Source of the DNA: Candidatus Poribacteria bacterium
Lineage (GTDB): Bacteria; Poribacteria; WGA-4E; PCPOR2b
Assembly (NCBI GenBank): GCA_965208675.1
Contig: OZ242351.1
Coordinates: forward strand, 352,001 to 416,000
Direction: 5' to 3'
DNA length: 64,000 bases
Below are positions 30,588 to 40,991 of the stretch, one piece after another. Every line of letters begins with the position of its first letter. Position 1 is the stretch's first letter. The notes under the pieces are model-generated. The model searched no databases and had not been told where the DNA came from. It saw nothing but the letters and a program-made list of their open reading frames with translations. The position numbers and the translations under genes were made by a program.

Positions 30588-32483
30588 TTAATATTTCAGG
30601 ATTGTTCCCCATTCGCCAACAGCCCAGACCAATCCGTTCTTAGATTCAGTAATATCAGTGAGATTCGTCTTTGTATTGCTCTCTTGGGCAAGCCAAGTTA
30701 CGCCGCCGTCAACTGTGTGCAAGATTGTCCCTTTGTCTCCGACAGCCCATCCCTCCATTTCGTTAATGAAACAGATCCCGTTCAAGTTTTCGCTTGTTGG
30801 CGTAATCTGTTGAGACCAGGTAATACCGCCATCTTTCGTGCCGTATACGGCGCCTTGTGACCCAGCGATCCACGCGGTGTTTGAATTAAGTGCGAAAACC
30901 GACTTTAATTCATCCGGCCCTGCCCTTTGAACAGTCCACGTCTGGCCGCCGTCAACGGTCTTGATTATGGTCCCCGCCGCCCCGACCGCCCAGCCGGAAT
31001 TTGCGTCAACGAAATAGACGCCAAACAGGTTATTGAAGCCGACCGACATGTCCCCGGAGTCCTGACCGATCCATGTGTCGCCGCCATCGTCAGTACGCAT
31101 AATCTTGCCTATTTCCCCAACTCCCCAGCCGTGCGATGAGGTTGAAAAGTGCAAATCATAAAAACCGAGGGCGCCTTTCCATGACATCGAATCCTCGAAC
31201 TGAATTCGCTGCACCGTGCCGTGGCCTTCATCACGCGGATCACTGAAGCCCTCCCAAGTCTCACCGCCGTTGACGGTTTCGATTAGCGTGGCGTTACTGC
31301 CAACAATATAGCCCTTGTTCGCATTCACGAAGCCGATGCCAAATAGCTCAAAGACGTTGTTGCTCGTTTGTTCTTTCCAAAGCGTTCCACCATCTTGAGT
31401 GTGCAATACCGCTCCTCCTAAACCAACAGCCCATCCTAATTTATCATCGAAGAAATGGACTGTGGTGAGGTGGTTATTGCTGGCAACGACTTCCCAAGAT
31501 GCGCCGCCGTCTCGGCTATGGATGATAGTGCCGAATGCGCCGACAGCCCATGCGTCTTGAGGGGTAACGAGTTGGATCGCGTTGATTCGGCTAGGCACAG
31601 GCCTTGGTTCAAGCGGCGTCCACTCCTTGCCGCCATCCGTAGTCCTCAAAATTACGCCAAACTCCGCTGAAGCCAGTCCGTGGTGGGCGTCAATAAAATG
31701 GATTCCCCAAATTGGTTCGGGCATTCCGTTCGAGTGCGGCACGCGGCTTTCCTGTGCCGTCCAAGTGGTTCCACCGTTGTTCGTGTGTACAAGTGCGCCA
31801 TTCCCGCCGGCAGCCCAGCCTTCTTCATCGCCGCGCATAAATATGGCATCAAGCGGTGAAGCTGTCCGGCTATTCTGGGGTTTCCAGGTCTGCCCGGCAT
31901 CCATGGTATGAATGAGAGTACCGCCATCGCCCGCTGCCCATCCCATTTGAGCGTTCGTAAAGTGGATGCCCTTTATAGCGTTATTTGTGCCAGAATTTTG
32001 TCGCGACCAAGTGGTGCCGCCATCCTCGGTATGAATGACAAGTCCTCCATCACCGCCCGCCCAACCGAATTTATCATCAACAAAAGAGACGGCTGACAAC
32101 GCGGCGCGCGTGCCGCTGTTAAGCTTCATCCATGTCGCACCGCCGTCGGTTGTTTTCAGTACGGTGCCGGCGTCACCAACGATCCAACCCGTTTGGGGAT
32201 TGATAAACCGCACTTTGTAGAAATCCACCTTGAAGGGAAGCCGCTGGCTCGGTTGTTTTTCCCACGACGTTCCACCATTAGTCGTATGGAGGATTGTCGA
32301 ATTTGAACCAACAATCCAACCGTGTTGAGAATCAACAAAGTAGATGTCCGTGAACGTAGCTCGCCACTCCGCCGTGCGGACAGATGTCCAACCTTTCTCC
32401 TGTGCCGGGTTATTTGCGGCACATATCAATAGTAACGCTATCATTGATGAAACTACTTGAACACATCGCTTTTTGGTTATCAT
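30588..32483 (-). CDS. YCF48/BNR-repeat beta-propeller protein
   Basis: AAGGAG before ATG 32483; about 14 repeats of F-x-D-x-x-x-GW-x-x-G-x-x-G-x-I-x-x-T-x-DGG-x-TW. Confidence 0.88.
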   Translation of the reverse strand: MITKKRCVQVVSSMIALLLICAANNPAQEKGWTSVRTAEWRATFTDIYFVDSQHGWIVGSNSTILHTTNGGTSWEKQPSQRLPFKVDFYKVRFINPQTGWIVGDAGTVLKTTDGGATWMKLNSGTRAALSAVSFVDDKFGWAGGDGGLVIHTEDGGTTWSRQNSGTNNAIKGIHFTNAQMGWAAGDGGTLIHTMDAGQTWKPQNSRTASPLDAIFMRGDEEGWAAGGNGALVHTNNGGTTWTAQESRVPHSNGMPEPIWGIHFIDAHHGLASAEFGVILRTTDGGKEWTPLEPRPVPSRINAIQLVTPQDAWAVGAFGTIIHSRDGGASWEVVASNNHLTTVHFFDDKLGWAVGLGGAVLHTQDGGTLWKEQTSNNVFELFGIGFVNANKGYIVGSNATLIETVNGGETWEGFSDPRDEGHGTVQRIQFEDSMSWKGALGFYDLHFSTSSHGWGVGEIGKIMRTDDGGDTWIGQDSGDMSVGFNNLFGVYFVDANSGWAVGAAGTIIKTVDGGQTWTVQRAGPDELKSVFALNSNTAWIAGSQGAVYGTKDGGITWSQQITPTSENLNGICFINEMEGWAVGDKGTILHTVDGGVTWLAQESNTKTNLTDITESKNGLVWAVGEWGTILKY

Positions 32484-32545
32484 GTTTGTCTCCTTTAAGA
32501 AGGCAGTAATCATTTTCAAAGTCTTGTCAGTTTTTCCGTTTGCCC

Positions 32546-33046
32546 CTAAATTCCCATTCGCAGGGCTACTGCCGCAAGCAATATTAAAAGCGAGAACACG
32601 CCGATGAGGCTTGACACCACTGTCATCCAATGACGCATCTTTTCAATGTGTTGGGGCAATTCTTCTGTACCCGCTTCGAGAGCATCAACGGCTTGCGAAA
32701 TCCTCGGACCGATAACAAACGAGTGAATCGCCGTTAAAACGATCAAGATAACGAAGAATAGGAGCTTGATGAGGAGCGTGCGCAGGAACACATCCGCCAA
32801 TCCCGCCAAATTCGAGAAACTGAGAAAGATATTAACTAACCCGGAAAACAACAGTACCAGCACACATCCCCACACAATGGGTTCAAACCGCCTGCCAATC
32901 TGCGACAATATCTGGATGCGTTCTACAGGCGTCACTGACCGCTTGAAGTACGGTACTACAACCATCGCCATCATGAGATTACCGCCGATCCAAATTACGG
33001 CGGCAATAATGTGTAACCAGCGAACCAGCAAACCAAATAATTCCAT
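32546..33046 (-). CDS. CopD/DUF4149-like 4-TM membrane protein
   Basis: WLHIIAAVIWIGG, LLIKL...AIHSF. Confidence 0.75.
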   Translation of the reverse strand: MELFGLLVRWLHIIAAVIWIGGNLMMAMVVVPYFKRSVTPVERIQILSQIGRRFEPIVWGCVLVLLFSGLVNIFLSFSNLAGLADVFLRTLLIKLLFFVILIVLTAIHSFVIGPRISQAVDALEAGTEELPQHIEKMRHWMTVVSSLIGVFSLLILLAAVALRMGI

Positions 33047-33375
33047 TGAGCCTCCCGGGTTTAGTGCGTTGATTTAGAGAATTTGCTGCCAAGTAAGCAC
33101 GAGCTGTACGAAAAAAACCGGTATGAGTACCAACGAATAGAATCTGAGAATTACGGTCTCAAAGGTTTTAATGAGAGAATTGGATGTTGGTACCCGCCGC
33201 GCCTTTTTGCGTATGGCTTTCTCTTGACTATCTTTATCGTAGGGACGTATAATCTGTTCAATTGCGCCGTTCCTCATTTTACCAGATTCTTAAAGTTGAT
33301 TCAAGTGAAAGTTCCATACAGGATTTCTATTTCGGAAAAATTCTCGGTTGGCGGCACCACCATTCAGGTTGAGCG

Positions 33376-34395
33376 GTGAGAGATAAAATCCTTATTACAC
33401 AAACAGGGGGTTGGGTTGGCGATATGGTGCTGCTAACTCCGGCTCTGAGAGCGTTAAAACGCGCTTATCCACAATCCCGCATGGATTTGTTGCTGCGCCC
33501 GCTCGTTGCAGAGTTGATGGCGGCGCACCCTTACGTTGATGAAGTAATAGTTGATTCCAAAGAACAACACCGGAGTCGTTTGAAATCGCTCCAGCAGGTG
33601 ACACGTGCTGTTCAGCAGGCTGAATTCGACCTTGCGGTTGTGTTACACCCCACCTCCTTTCGAAACGCATTAATCCCTTTTCTAGCGCGTGTTCCGGTAC
33701 GGATTGGTGCGAACATAAACGGTCGTGGAATTTTGCTGACAAAGACCCGTCCGAATCGGCGAGATTGCCATGAAGTTCACCGTTATCTACAAGTTTTAGA
33801 GTTGCTCGGCATTGATACGAAAGACACGAGTCTGGAGTTCTGGCATACAGATGTGGATCGGCAAGCCGTTCGCCAAATGCTCACTGAAAACGGTATCGCA
33901 CCCAACGAACGTCATATCGGCGTAAACCTAGGCACTACTTGGCAGACTAAGCAGTGGGAGGTCGAGAAATTTGCCGCCGCGTTAACGCAGGTGCAGCGTA
34001 TCATCAATGTACCAATTGTATTAACTGGTCATACGTCCGATACCGCGCTTGGCGAAGCGCTGCAGCGTACGGTTGAGGCGAATATTATCAATCTAATTGG
34101 GGCAACTACTCTCACGCAACTCGGAGCGCTTATCGAAAATTGTAGTCTTTATTTGACCTGCGACAGCGGTCCAATGCACATCGCCGCCGCTGTTGGCACA
34201 CCGACGATTGCCTTGTTCGGCCCAACATGCCCGGCGCGTCATCGTCCTTACGCGGAGGGGCATTGCGTCATTGAGAAACGAGTGCCATGCCGGCCGTGCT
34301 ACAAACCCACATGTAAACTTAAGAAATCTCCGAACCTTTGTATGACAGAAATTAAACCCGAGGAAGTCGTTGAGACCATCATTCAGGCATTTTGA
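33376..34395 (+). CDS. waaF: LPS heptosyltransferase II (GT9)
   Basis: WVGDMVL, KQW, DSGPMHIAAAVGTPTIALFGPT, CRPC. Confidence 0.8.
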   Translation: MRDKILITQTGGWVGDMVLLTPALRALKRAYPQSRMDLLLRPLVAELMAAHPYVDEVIVDSKEQHRSRLKSLQQVTRAVQQAEFDLAVVLHPTSFRNALIPFLARVPVRIGANINGRGILLTKTRPNRRDCHEVHRYLQVLELLGIDTKDTSLEFWHTDVDRQAVRQMLTENGIAPNERHIGVNLGTTWQTKQWEVEKFAAALTQVQRIINVPIVLTGHTSDTALGEALQRTVEANIINLIGATTLTQLGALIENCSLYLTCDSGPMHIAAAVGTPTIALFGPTCPARHRPYAEGHCVIEKRVPCRPCYKPTCKLKKSPNLCMTEIKPEEVVETIIQAF

Positions 34396-34670
34396 TTCGG
34401 CGTTCTTTTGTAAAAAACTTTCCCGGTTTACAACTTTACAAATATAGGATTTACGCATTTGCACGGCGAGATGTTGTGTTTCGATGTTTCATCTCGCATT
34501 GAGGCAAATCATCACTGCACAAGAGTGGTGTAGCGTCTGACCGCGCCCTCTGATAACCGCTGCGTCGGGCAACTAAATTTCGAAGTTCATGAGTCCTAAA
34601 ATTTGTTGAGTTGAATCGCAATCCGACTTGAGCCAGCGTCTTAAATCAGCAAATTGAAGATAAAGGGGAA

Positions 34671-35684
34671 ATGATGAGGACATACCAAGTTGGAGTGATT
34701 GGATGCGGTATAATCGGCGGCCATCATGCGTCAGGACTTGTTGGTCTGCCTAACGCAACGTTAGCGGCTGCGTGCGATGTGATACCGAGCACGTTAAACG
34801 CCTTCAAGGAGCGTTGGAACGATTCATGGCCGAATATTTCCATGTACACAGATCATCGCGAAATGTTGAAGAACGAGGATTTGGACATTGTAACGGTGGC
34901 GACCTCCGATCATTTGCACGCGGATTTAGTGGTGAACGCCGCCAATGCGGGTGTAAAAGGCATTTTTTGCGAGAAGCCGTTGGCGACAAATCTAGCTGAT
35001 GCCGACCGTATGATTGAAGCAGTCGAGCGGAATAATACAATTCTGTCGATTGACCATACACGCAGATGGATGCCGTTATGGCGGTATACCAAAGAAGAAG
35101 TGGTGGGGAAGAATATGATAGGGCGCGTGCAGTGTATCCTCGGTTTTTTAACTGGCGGGCGCGCTATGTTGTTCCGGAACGGAACACATATCATTGACAT
35201 GATCTGTTACTTCGCCGATTCCGCCCCAGAATGGGTTTCGGCTGAACTGGAAACTGGATATGAGGACTACTGGGAATATCGCGGTGATGGCGGGCACGAC
35301 CCGGCGACAGAACCCGCTGCGCACGGGTACATCCACTTCGCCAACGGTGTACGCGGGTTTTACGTTGGCGGTCCCAAAACCACACGCAGAATGCTCCGCC
35401 TTGAGATTATTGGTACGGAGGGTTTTATCTTCATTGAAGATGCCTTCACCGAACCGAGGGCGCAGATTAGAACTAGTGATAAATTTGAAGATATCCAAAT
35501 TCCGGCGTGGGATGTCGTTGGCATCCCTGCCGGTGTCCAAGAACTGATTCGCATCGTCGATGAAGGCGGAGAGCCCGTATCGCCGGGAAGAGCCGGACGC
35601 GAAGCTGTTGAAATCATCCTTGGATTTCTAAATTCCAATCGCCATAACAATGCGAAAGTTAAAATCCCTCTCCCGCGCGACTAA
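34671..35684 (+). CDS. Gfo/Idh/MocA family oxidoreductase
   Basis: GVIGCG, CEKPLA, GTHIID. Confidence 0.9.
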   Translation: MMRTYQVGVIGCGIIGGHHASGLVGLPNATLAAACDVIPSTLNAFKERWNDSWPNISMYTDHREMLKNEDLDIVTVATSDHLHADLVVNAANAGVKGIFCEKPLATNLADADRMIEAVERNNTILSIDHTRRWMPLWRYTKEEVVGKNMIGRVQCILGFLTGGRAMLFRNGTHIIDMICYFADSAPEWVSAELETGYEDYWEYRGDGGHDPATEPAAHGYIHFANGVRGFYVGGPKTTRRMLRLEIIGTEGFIFIEDAFTEPRAQIRTSDKFEDIQIPAWDVVGIPAGVQELIRIVDEGGEPVSPGRAGREAVEIILGFLNSNRHNNAKVKIPLPRD

Positions 35685-35743
35685 TCCACTTAGGACTTAC
35701 ACACTTCAAATTTTAGTTGTACGATTCATTGGGTATAAAAGGG

Positions 35744-37055
35744 TGTGATTACCCCCAAAAACTAGAGAGTTGAATAAGAGATCTTTTCGACTAGAAAAAT
35801 GGTCATCATCTGAGCGAAAATAGGACTCGGAAACGCCAAGAAAAAGAAAGGAGTTTTTCCACCATGTCCCGTAGAATACAGCGTGATGGCCGATTCAAAC
35901 CCCAAGTGGCGCTTGAAGCTATCAAGAATCAGCGGACTATCAGTCAAATTGCCAGTGAATACGGTGTCAATCCGGCACAAGTTAGCCAATGGAAAAAACA
36001 GGTGCTTGAGGAATTACCTCAACTCTTTGCGAAGGGACGTTCAAAAACGGCGTCCGACCACGACGAGCTAGTGTCTGAACTGTATCGCCAGATCGGTCAG
36101 TTGAAGGTAGAACTGGACTGGCTTCAAAAAAAAACGTCGCGCTTCCGTTGAACAGAAGCGGCAGCTTGTTGAACCGGAGTGCCGTTCAGTGTCGATTGTA
36201 AGACAGTGCGAGCTCTTAGGCTTGTCTAGAGCATCGTTCTATTACACTCCTGTAGGGGAGTCTCCACAAAATCTGCTGTACATGCGTCTGTTAGATGAAC
36301 AGTACACCAAGACGCCGTGGTACGGGGTGCCTAAGTTAACGAAATGGCTTCGTCGTCAAGGATATGTTGTCAATCCGAAACGGGTAGCACGGTTAATGCG
36401 GAAGATGGGATTAGTTGCCATCTATCCCAAGCCCAAGATCTCCAGAATGGGCAAACCGTCGAAAGTGTACCCCTATCTGTTGAAAGGATTAAGTATTACC
36501 AGACCGAACCATGTCTGGGCAACTGATATCACCTATATTCGTTTAAGCCATGGCTTTGTTTACCTGGTAGCCGTTATGGATTGGTTTTCCCGCTATGTGT
36601 TGTCATGGGAACTTTCAAACTCCCTCGACGTGTTCTTTTGCCTATCGGCTCTGGAACGGGCGCTTGGTAAAGCGAGTCCATTAATATTCAACAACGACCA
36701 AGGAAGTCAATTTACTTCGGAGGCGTTTACTGCTAGACTTGAAGCCTCTGGCATAGCCATTAGTTGGAACGGTAGGGGCCGCTACTTTGACAACATCTTC
36801 ATTGAACGCCTTTGGCGCAGTGTTAAGTATGAGGAGGTTTACCTCAACGACTATGATTCAATGAACATGGCTCGGCGCCGCTTGAGAGATTATTTCAACT
36901 TTTACAACCGAGAGCGACTTCATCAATCGCTCGATTACTGTACACCTTACGAGGTGTATTTTCACTAACTTCAGGCGTTTAAGTTTGACCAGAATTAGTC
37001 AGGTTTTATTTCTTAAATCTCCTTATTTTCTGTCTAAAGGATGGGGGTAAGTTAT
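35744..37055 (+). mobile_element. IS3 family insertion sequence
   Basis: orfA/orfB pair; imperfect terminal IRs TGATTACCCCCAAAAACTAGA and (reverse complement) AACTTACCCCCATCCTTTAGA; ends approximate. Confidence 0.85.
35864..36968 (+). CDS. IS3 transposase OrfAB (programmed -1 frameshift)
   Basis: OrfA HTH 35864-36151; A9 slippery run 36126-36134; OrfB DDE (WATDITY, NDQGSQF, IERLWRSVKYE). Confidence 0.9.
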
Positions 37056-37059
37056 CTCC

Positions 37060-37548
37060 TTATTTCAAAACGTTTTCAAAGTTTCGGCAGGCGTCCCGAA
37101 ATTGATTGTACGTTTTCATCAATTCGGCGTAATCCATGGCTGCCATTGCTTGTGCTGATTCATAAACAACATCGTTAGTAGAATAAACTGAAAGTAATCG
37201 GTCAGTCTTAGATATAGACTTACTTAGGTCATCAATTACAGTTTTTAGATTAGCAATTACGGATTCAGGTATAACTGATGGTGGGGCTTCTAAGATTTTA
37301 GTCAATTTCGCTTCGAACACACTAAAATCAATGACTAGTGGCTTGAGATAAATGTCCGTATACTTATTAATTTCTCTAATTACTTCCAATATTTCATTAT
37401 GCATTACTGAAATATCCTTTAATCGGTGATCTAAAACTTCACGAACGTATTGCCTTTCATGTTCTAGTTCGCATAGTTTGCTGTGGCAAAGCTTCAAGGA
37501 TATGCCAAACAGTGCCATTAAAACAAACGTAGCTATCCAAATTTCCAT
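37060..37548 (-). CDS. hypothetical protein with N-terminal TM and helical domain
   Basis: GGAGGTG RBS; AT-rich ORF next to the IS3 end. Confidence 0.6.
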   Translation of the reverse strand: MEIWIATFVLMALFGISLKLCHSKLCELEHERQYVREVLDHRLKDISVMHNEILEVIREINKYTDIYLKPLVIDFSVFEAKLTKILEAPPSVIPESVIANLKTVIDDLSKSISKTDRLLSVYSTNDVVYESAQAMAAMDYAELMKTYNQFRDACRNFENVLK

Positions 37549-37891
37549 TTCGCACCTCCAGAATTAAGATGGTGGCGGCGGTAGCACCGAAGCAGGCAAA
37601 CGTGTCGCCCCGTCGGAAATACGCCTTTGTATAACCGATTTCACGATGCCCCTACCGCCGTATGCCAAAAAACCGATCACAAAAAAAGACCGATGCAAAT
37701 TGGTAATCTGCACGGTCATTCGATGTATAGGTGTGCTGAGTCACCTTCAACATCTTGTTGGGTTCGCCCTTCCCCGCCAAAGTAATATATTAACACATGG
37801 CGATATGTTTTGTCAATGAATAAATAACTAAAAGCGATATTCGTTTTATCGCGAAAATTTCTGCGTATCGCTTGACGTTTGCACGTCGCAT

Positions 37892-38190
37892 CAGTTTTTG
37901 TAGGTTGGGTTAAGCGGAGCAAATAAAAGACGCTAAACATGTCAAATGGATATCGGTATTTGAATATGTGCAAACATCTTTAAGATCCAGCGAACCCAAC
38001 GATCAACTGAGCGAATAGCGAAGGCGATAGTTTTTTCTGCTCACGAACCCCGCTCAACACATTATCAAGCATAAAAAGTGATGGGTTACGATACACGTGT
38101 TTCCCCAAGTGCGATGTTTGGTGATCGGAACGGTTATTTGCGGCAGGAATGATTTTGGAATTACCCACTCAACCCAACCTACAAAAACTG
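37892..38190. repeat. REP-doublet (REPIN-like) element bounded by perfect 20-bp inverted repeats
   Basis: CAGTTTTTGTAGGTTGGGTT (37892-37911) and AACCCAACCTACAAAAACTG (38171-38190). Confidence 0.75.
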
Positions 38191-38398
38191 CCGCGCGATA
38201 ATTCACTAACACATCAGATTAGGTCGGTTTTGCTGGCAGCTAAGCCATTTCTAGTGTATAATTTATGAAGGTTAAAATGCAAAAGGCGTATATTTAGGAA
38301 AAGCAACGTTCATGGAATTTAGAAGTACAGAATGCTTGTTTGGTTGAATTCTCTCTCCTAATGATAGTGCGATTGACGGCACAAATGGGTTCATAACC

Positions 38399-40966
38399 AT
38401 GATAACACAGTGCAAATTCTCAGTTCCAATTGTGGCAATTGTATTGATGCTATGGGTTATACCCGCGATTGACGCGCTTGAGCCTGACCCGGCGGTTCAG
38501 GATGCACAGTACGCGTTCTTTGAAGCAAAAATACGTCCGGTTTTAGTGAACACCTGTTTCCAATGTCACGGCGGGGAGCAGACCAACAATGGTCTACGCG
38601 TGGATTCCCGGGAAGCACTGCTTGAAGGCGGCATTTATGGGCCAGCGATAGTGCCGAACGACCCCGATGCGAGTTTGATGATTGAAGCCATACGGCACAA
38701 TGAGACAGCATACGTAACGATGCCGCCCGACGAAAAATTGCCCGACCATGTTGTAAGGGATTTCGAGGCTTGGGTGAAGACGGGCGCAATTTGGCCGCCG
38801 GAAACCGATTGGCAGACTAAAGACACGGTGAAAGCGGACGAACATTGGGCATTTTTGCCGGTAAAAGCAGTTGAACCGCCAACCGATTTCTCGGATTGGT
38901 CTAGCCATCCAATCGATCGGTTCATCAGCATGCAACGGGTGGAACGGGGTTTGAATCCAAATCCGCCGGCGGAAAAGCGTACGCTCATGCGCCGCGTCTA
39001 CTTTGATCTCTTAGGATTACCGCCGACACCGGAAGAAGTGTCCGCATTTTTGGCGGACACGTCGCCGCATGCGTTAGAACGTCTCGTTGAACGCCTGCTT
39101 GCCTCACCGCGGTATGGCGAGCGTTGGGGGCGGCACTGGATGGATGTGGTACGTTACGCCGATACTGCTGGCGACAACGCTGATTACCCTATACCGGAAG
39201 CGCACCTGTACCGTGATTACATCATCGATTCGTTCAACTCGGACAAACCGTACGACCGGTTTATTCAGGAACAGCTAGCCGGTGATATTCTCGCCAACAA
39301 TGCTCCGCCTCAGCAATACGCCGAAAACATAATTGCTACGGGATTCATCGCTTTATCTCGCCGGTTCGGTACCGGACCGCTTCAATTGAAGCATCTGATC
39401 ATTGAAGACACGATTGACACAACGGGGCGCGCATTCTTAGGATTGACAATGCGCTGCGCTCGCTGTCATGACCACAAGTTCGAGCCGATTACCATGCAAG
39501 ATTACTATGCCATGTACGGCATCTTCGACAGCACAACGTATCCCTACCCCGGTTCAGAGTCATTTCAATCTGATCGAAATCCACGTACAAATTTTGTGCC
39601 GCTGCAGCCTCCTGAAGAAGTTCAACCACAAATTGACGCTTACCAAACCGAGTTGAGTCAGCGCCGAAAAGAGATTGAACAACTGGAACATGAAGGCGAG
39701 CTAGCGGAAAAACGAAATTCAATCAAACAACAAATTGAATCATTACGAGAACAGATTAAGACGCTGAAGTCGGATGGAGGAGATACGAAAGACCTTGAAT
39801 CGCAGTTACCAGCGCTGTCAACGCAGCAAAACGAACTCAGGGACAAAATTAACCACCAAAAAGGCGATTTGAAGCGAAAATTACCGCGTTCTGATCTGCC
39901 GGCGGACATGCCTCAAGCTTATGCAGTTAAAGATGGAGAAGCGAAAGATGCGCTAATTCACCGACGCGGCGACCCGGCGCAGTCCGGTCCTGCAATAAGG
40001 CGGGATGTACCGAAATTTCTTAACAACGGTAAGACGCTTGAAATTCCAGAAGGCCAAAGCGGACGCTTGCAACTGGCGCAGTGGCTTACGAACCCGGAGA
40101 ACCCATTGACGGCGCGGGTAATGGTCAATCGAATTTGGCAATACCACTTTGGGAAAGGAATCGTTTCTACCCCGTCGAATTTTGGTCGTAACGGCGCTAC
40201 GCCGACACACCCGCTTTTGATTGATTATTTGGCAACGCGCTTTATCGAAAGCGGTTGGTCGGTAAAGGCGATGCACAGACTGATTCTTTCATCGAAGACC
40301 TACCAACTGGCGAGCAGCGGCAACGTACAAAACGCCGTTGTCGACCCGTCTAACGATTACTATTGGCGATTCGAACGGCGCCGGCTTGACGCAGAAGCCT
40401 TACGCGATGCCGTGATGAACATCAGCGGTTTATTGGATTTAAACCGGCCGGGAGCGCATCCGTTCCCGCCAATAGAAAAATGGTTCTGGTCGCAGCACGT
40501 GCCGTTTCCTTACGATAACGTGACAGGTCGCTTCGTACCAACTCCGTATCCCTCGAACCACCGCACCGTCTATTTGATGACGCAGCGGCTTCAATACCAT
40601 CCGTTTCTCGGACTATTTGACGGACCTGATACGAACACGACTACTGGAGTACGCACAAGTTCTACAATACCCCAGCAATCTCTATATCTCATGAACAATC
40701 CGTGGGCTTACGGGCAAGCCCAAGAATTTAGTAAACGCTTGATTGCGTTTTCACAGGATCCTGTAGAACGCATTGACCGCGCACATTTACTCGCTTATGG
40801 CCGCGACGCAACCACCGAAGAAAAGCAGCTTGCTGAAGCGTATATTAAACGTGTAGTTGAAAACCTTCAAACCAACGAATTCACTCCCGAACAATGGGAG
40901 ATGGAAGCGTGGAATAGTTACGCACAGGTGTTGTTAAGATCCAATGAATTTCTTTACATTGACTAA
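38399..40966 (+). CDS. planctomycete cytochrome c domain protein (PSCyt1, DUF1549, DUF1553)
   Basis: CFQCH and CARCH heme motifs, HWAF, YGERWGRHWMD, NPLTARVMVNRIWQYHFG, NEFLYID. Confidence 0.92.
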   Translation: MITQCKFSVPIVAIVLMLWVIPAIDALEPDPAVQDAQYAFFEAKIRPVLVNTCFQCHGGEQTNNGLRVDSREALLEGGIYGPAIVPNDPDASLMIEAIRHNETAYVTMPPDEKLPDHVVRDFEAWVKTGAIWPPETDWQTKDTVKADEHWAFLPVKAVEPPTDFSDWSSHPIDRFISMQRVERGLNPNPPAEKRTLMRRVYFDLLGLPPTPEEVSAFLADTSPHALERLVERLLASPRYGERWGRHWMDVVRYADTAGDNADYPIPEAHLYRDYIIDSFNSDKPYDRFIQEQLAGDILANNAPPQQYAENIIATGFIALSRRFGTGPLQLKHLIIEDTIDTTGRAFLGLTMRCARCHDHKFEPITMQDYYAMYGIFDSTTYPYPGSESFQSDRNPRTNFVPLQPPEEVQPQIDAYQTELSQRRKEIEQLEHEGELAEKRNSIKQQIESLREQIKTLKSDGGDTKDLESQLPALSTQQNELRDKINHQKGDLKRKLPRSDLPADMPQAYAVKDGEAKDALIHRRGDPAQSGPAIRRDVPKFLNNGKTLEIPEGQSGRLQLAQWLTNPENPLTARVMVNRIWQYHFGKGIVSTPSNFGRNGATPTHPLLIDYLATRFIESGWSVKAMHRLILSSKTYQLASSGNVQNAVVDPSNDYYWRFERRRLDAEALRDAVMNISGLLDLNRPGAHPFPPIEKWFWSQHVPFPYDNVTGRFVPTPYPSNHRTVYLMTQRLQYHPFLGLFDGPDTNTTTGVRTSSTIPQQSLYLMNNPWAYGQAQEFSKRLIAFSQDPVERIDRAHLLAYGRDATTEEKQLAEAYIKRVVENLQTNEFTPEQWEMEAWNSYAQVLLRSNEFLYID

Positions 40967-40991
40967 CTTTAATCGACGCTAGGAGTGAACC

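Noticed and set aside
30104-30612. Short ORFs between the YCF48-like gene and tolC
   Set aside because: No RBS or family signal; probably intergenic.
33074-33379. Overlapping ORFs 33074-33277(-) and 33083-33379(+)
   Set aside because: No recognisable motifs and I cannot decide which, if either, is real.
35688-35745. TAGGACTTAC MITE-like end left of IS3
   Set aside because: No matching second end nearby; too short to support.
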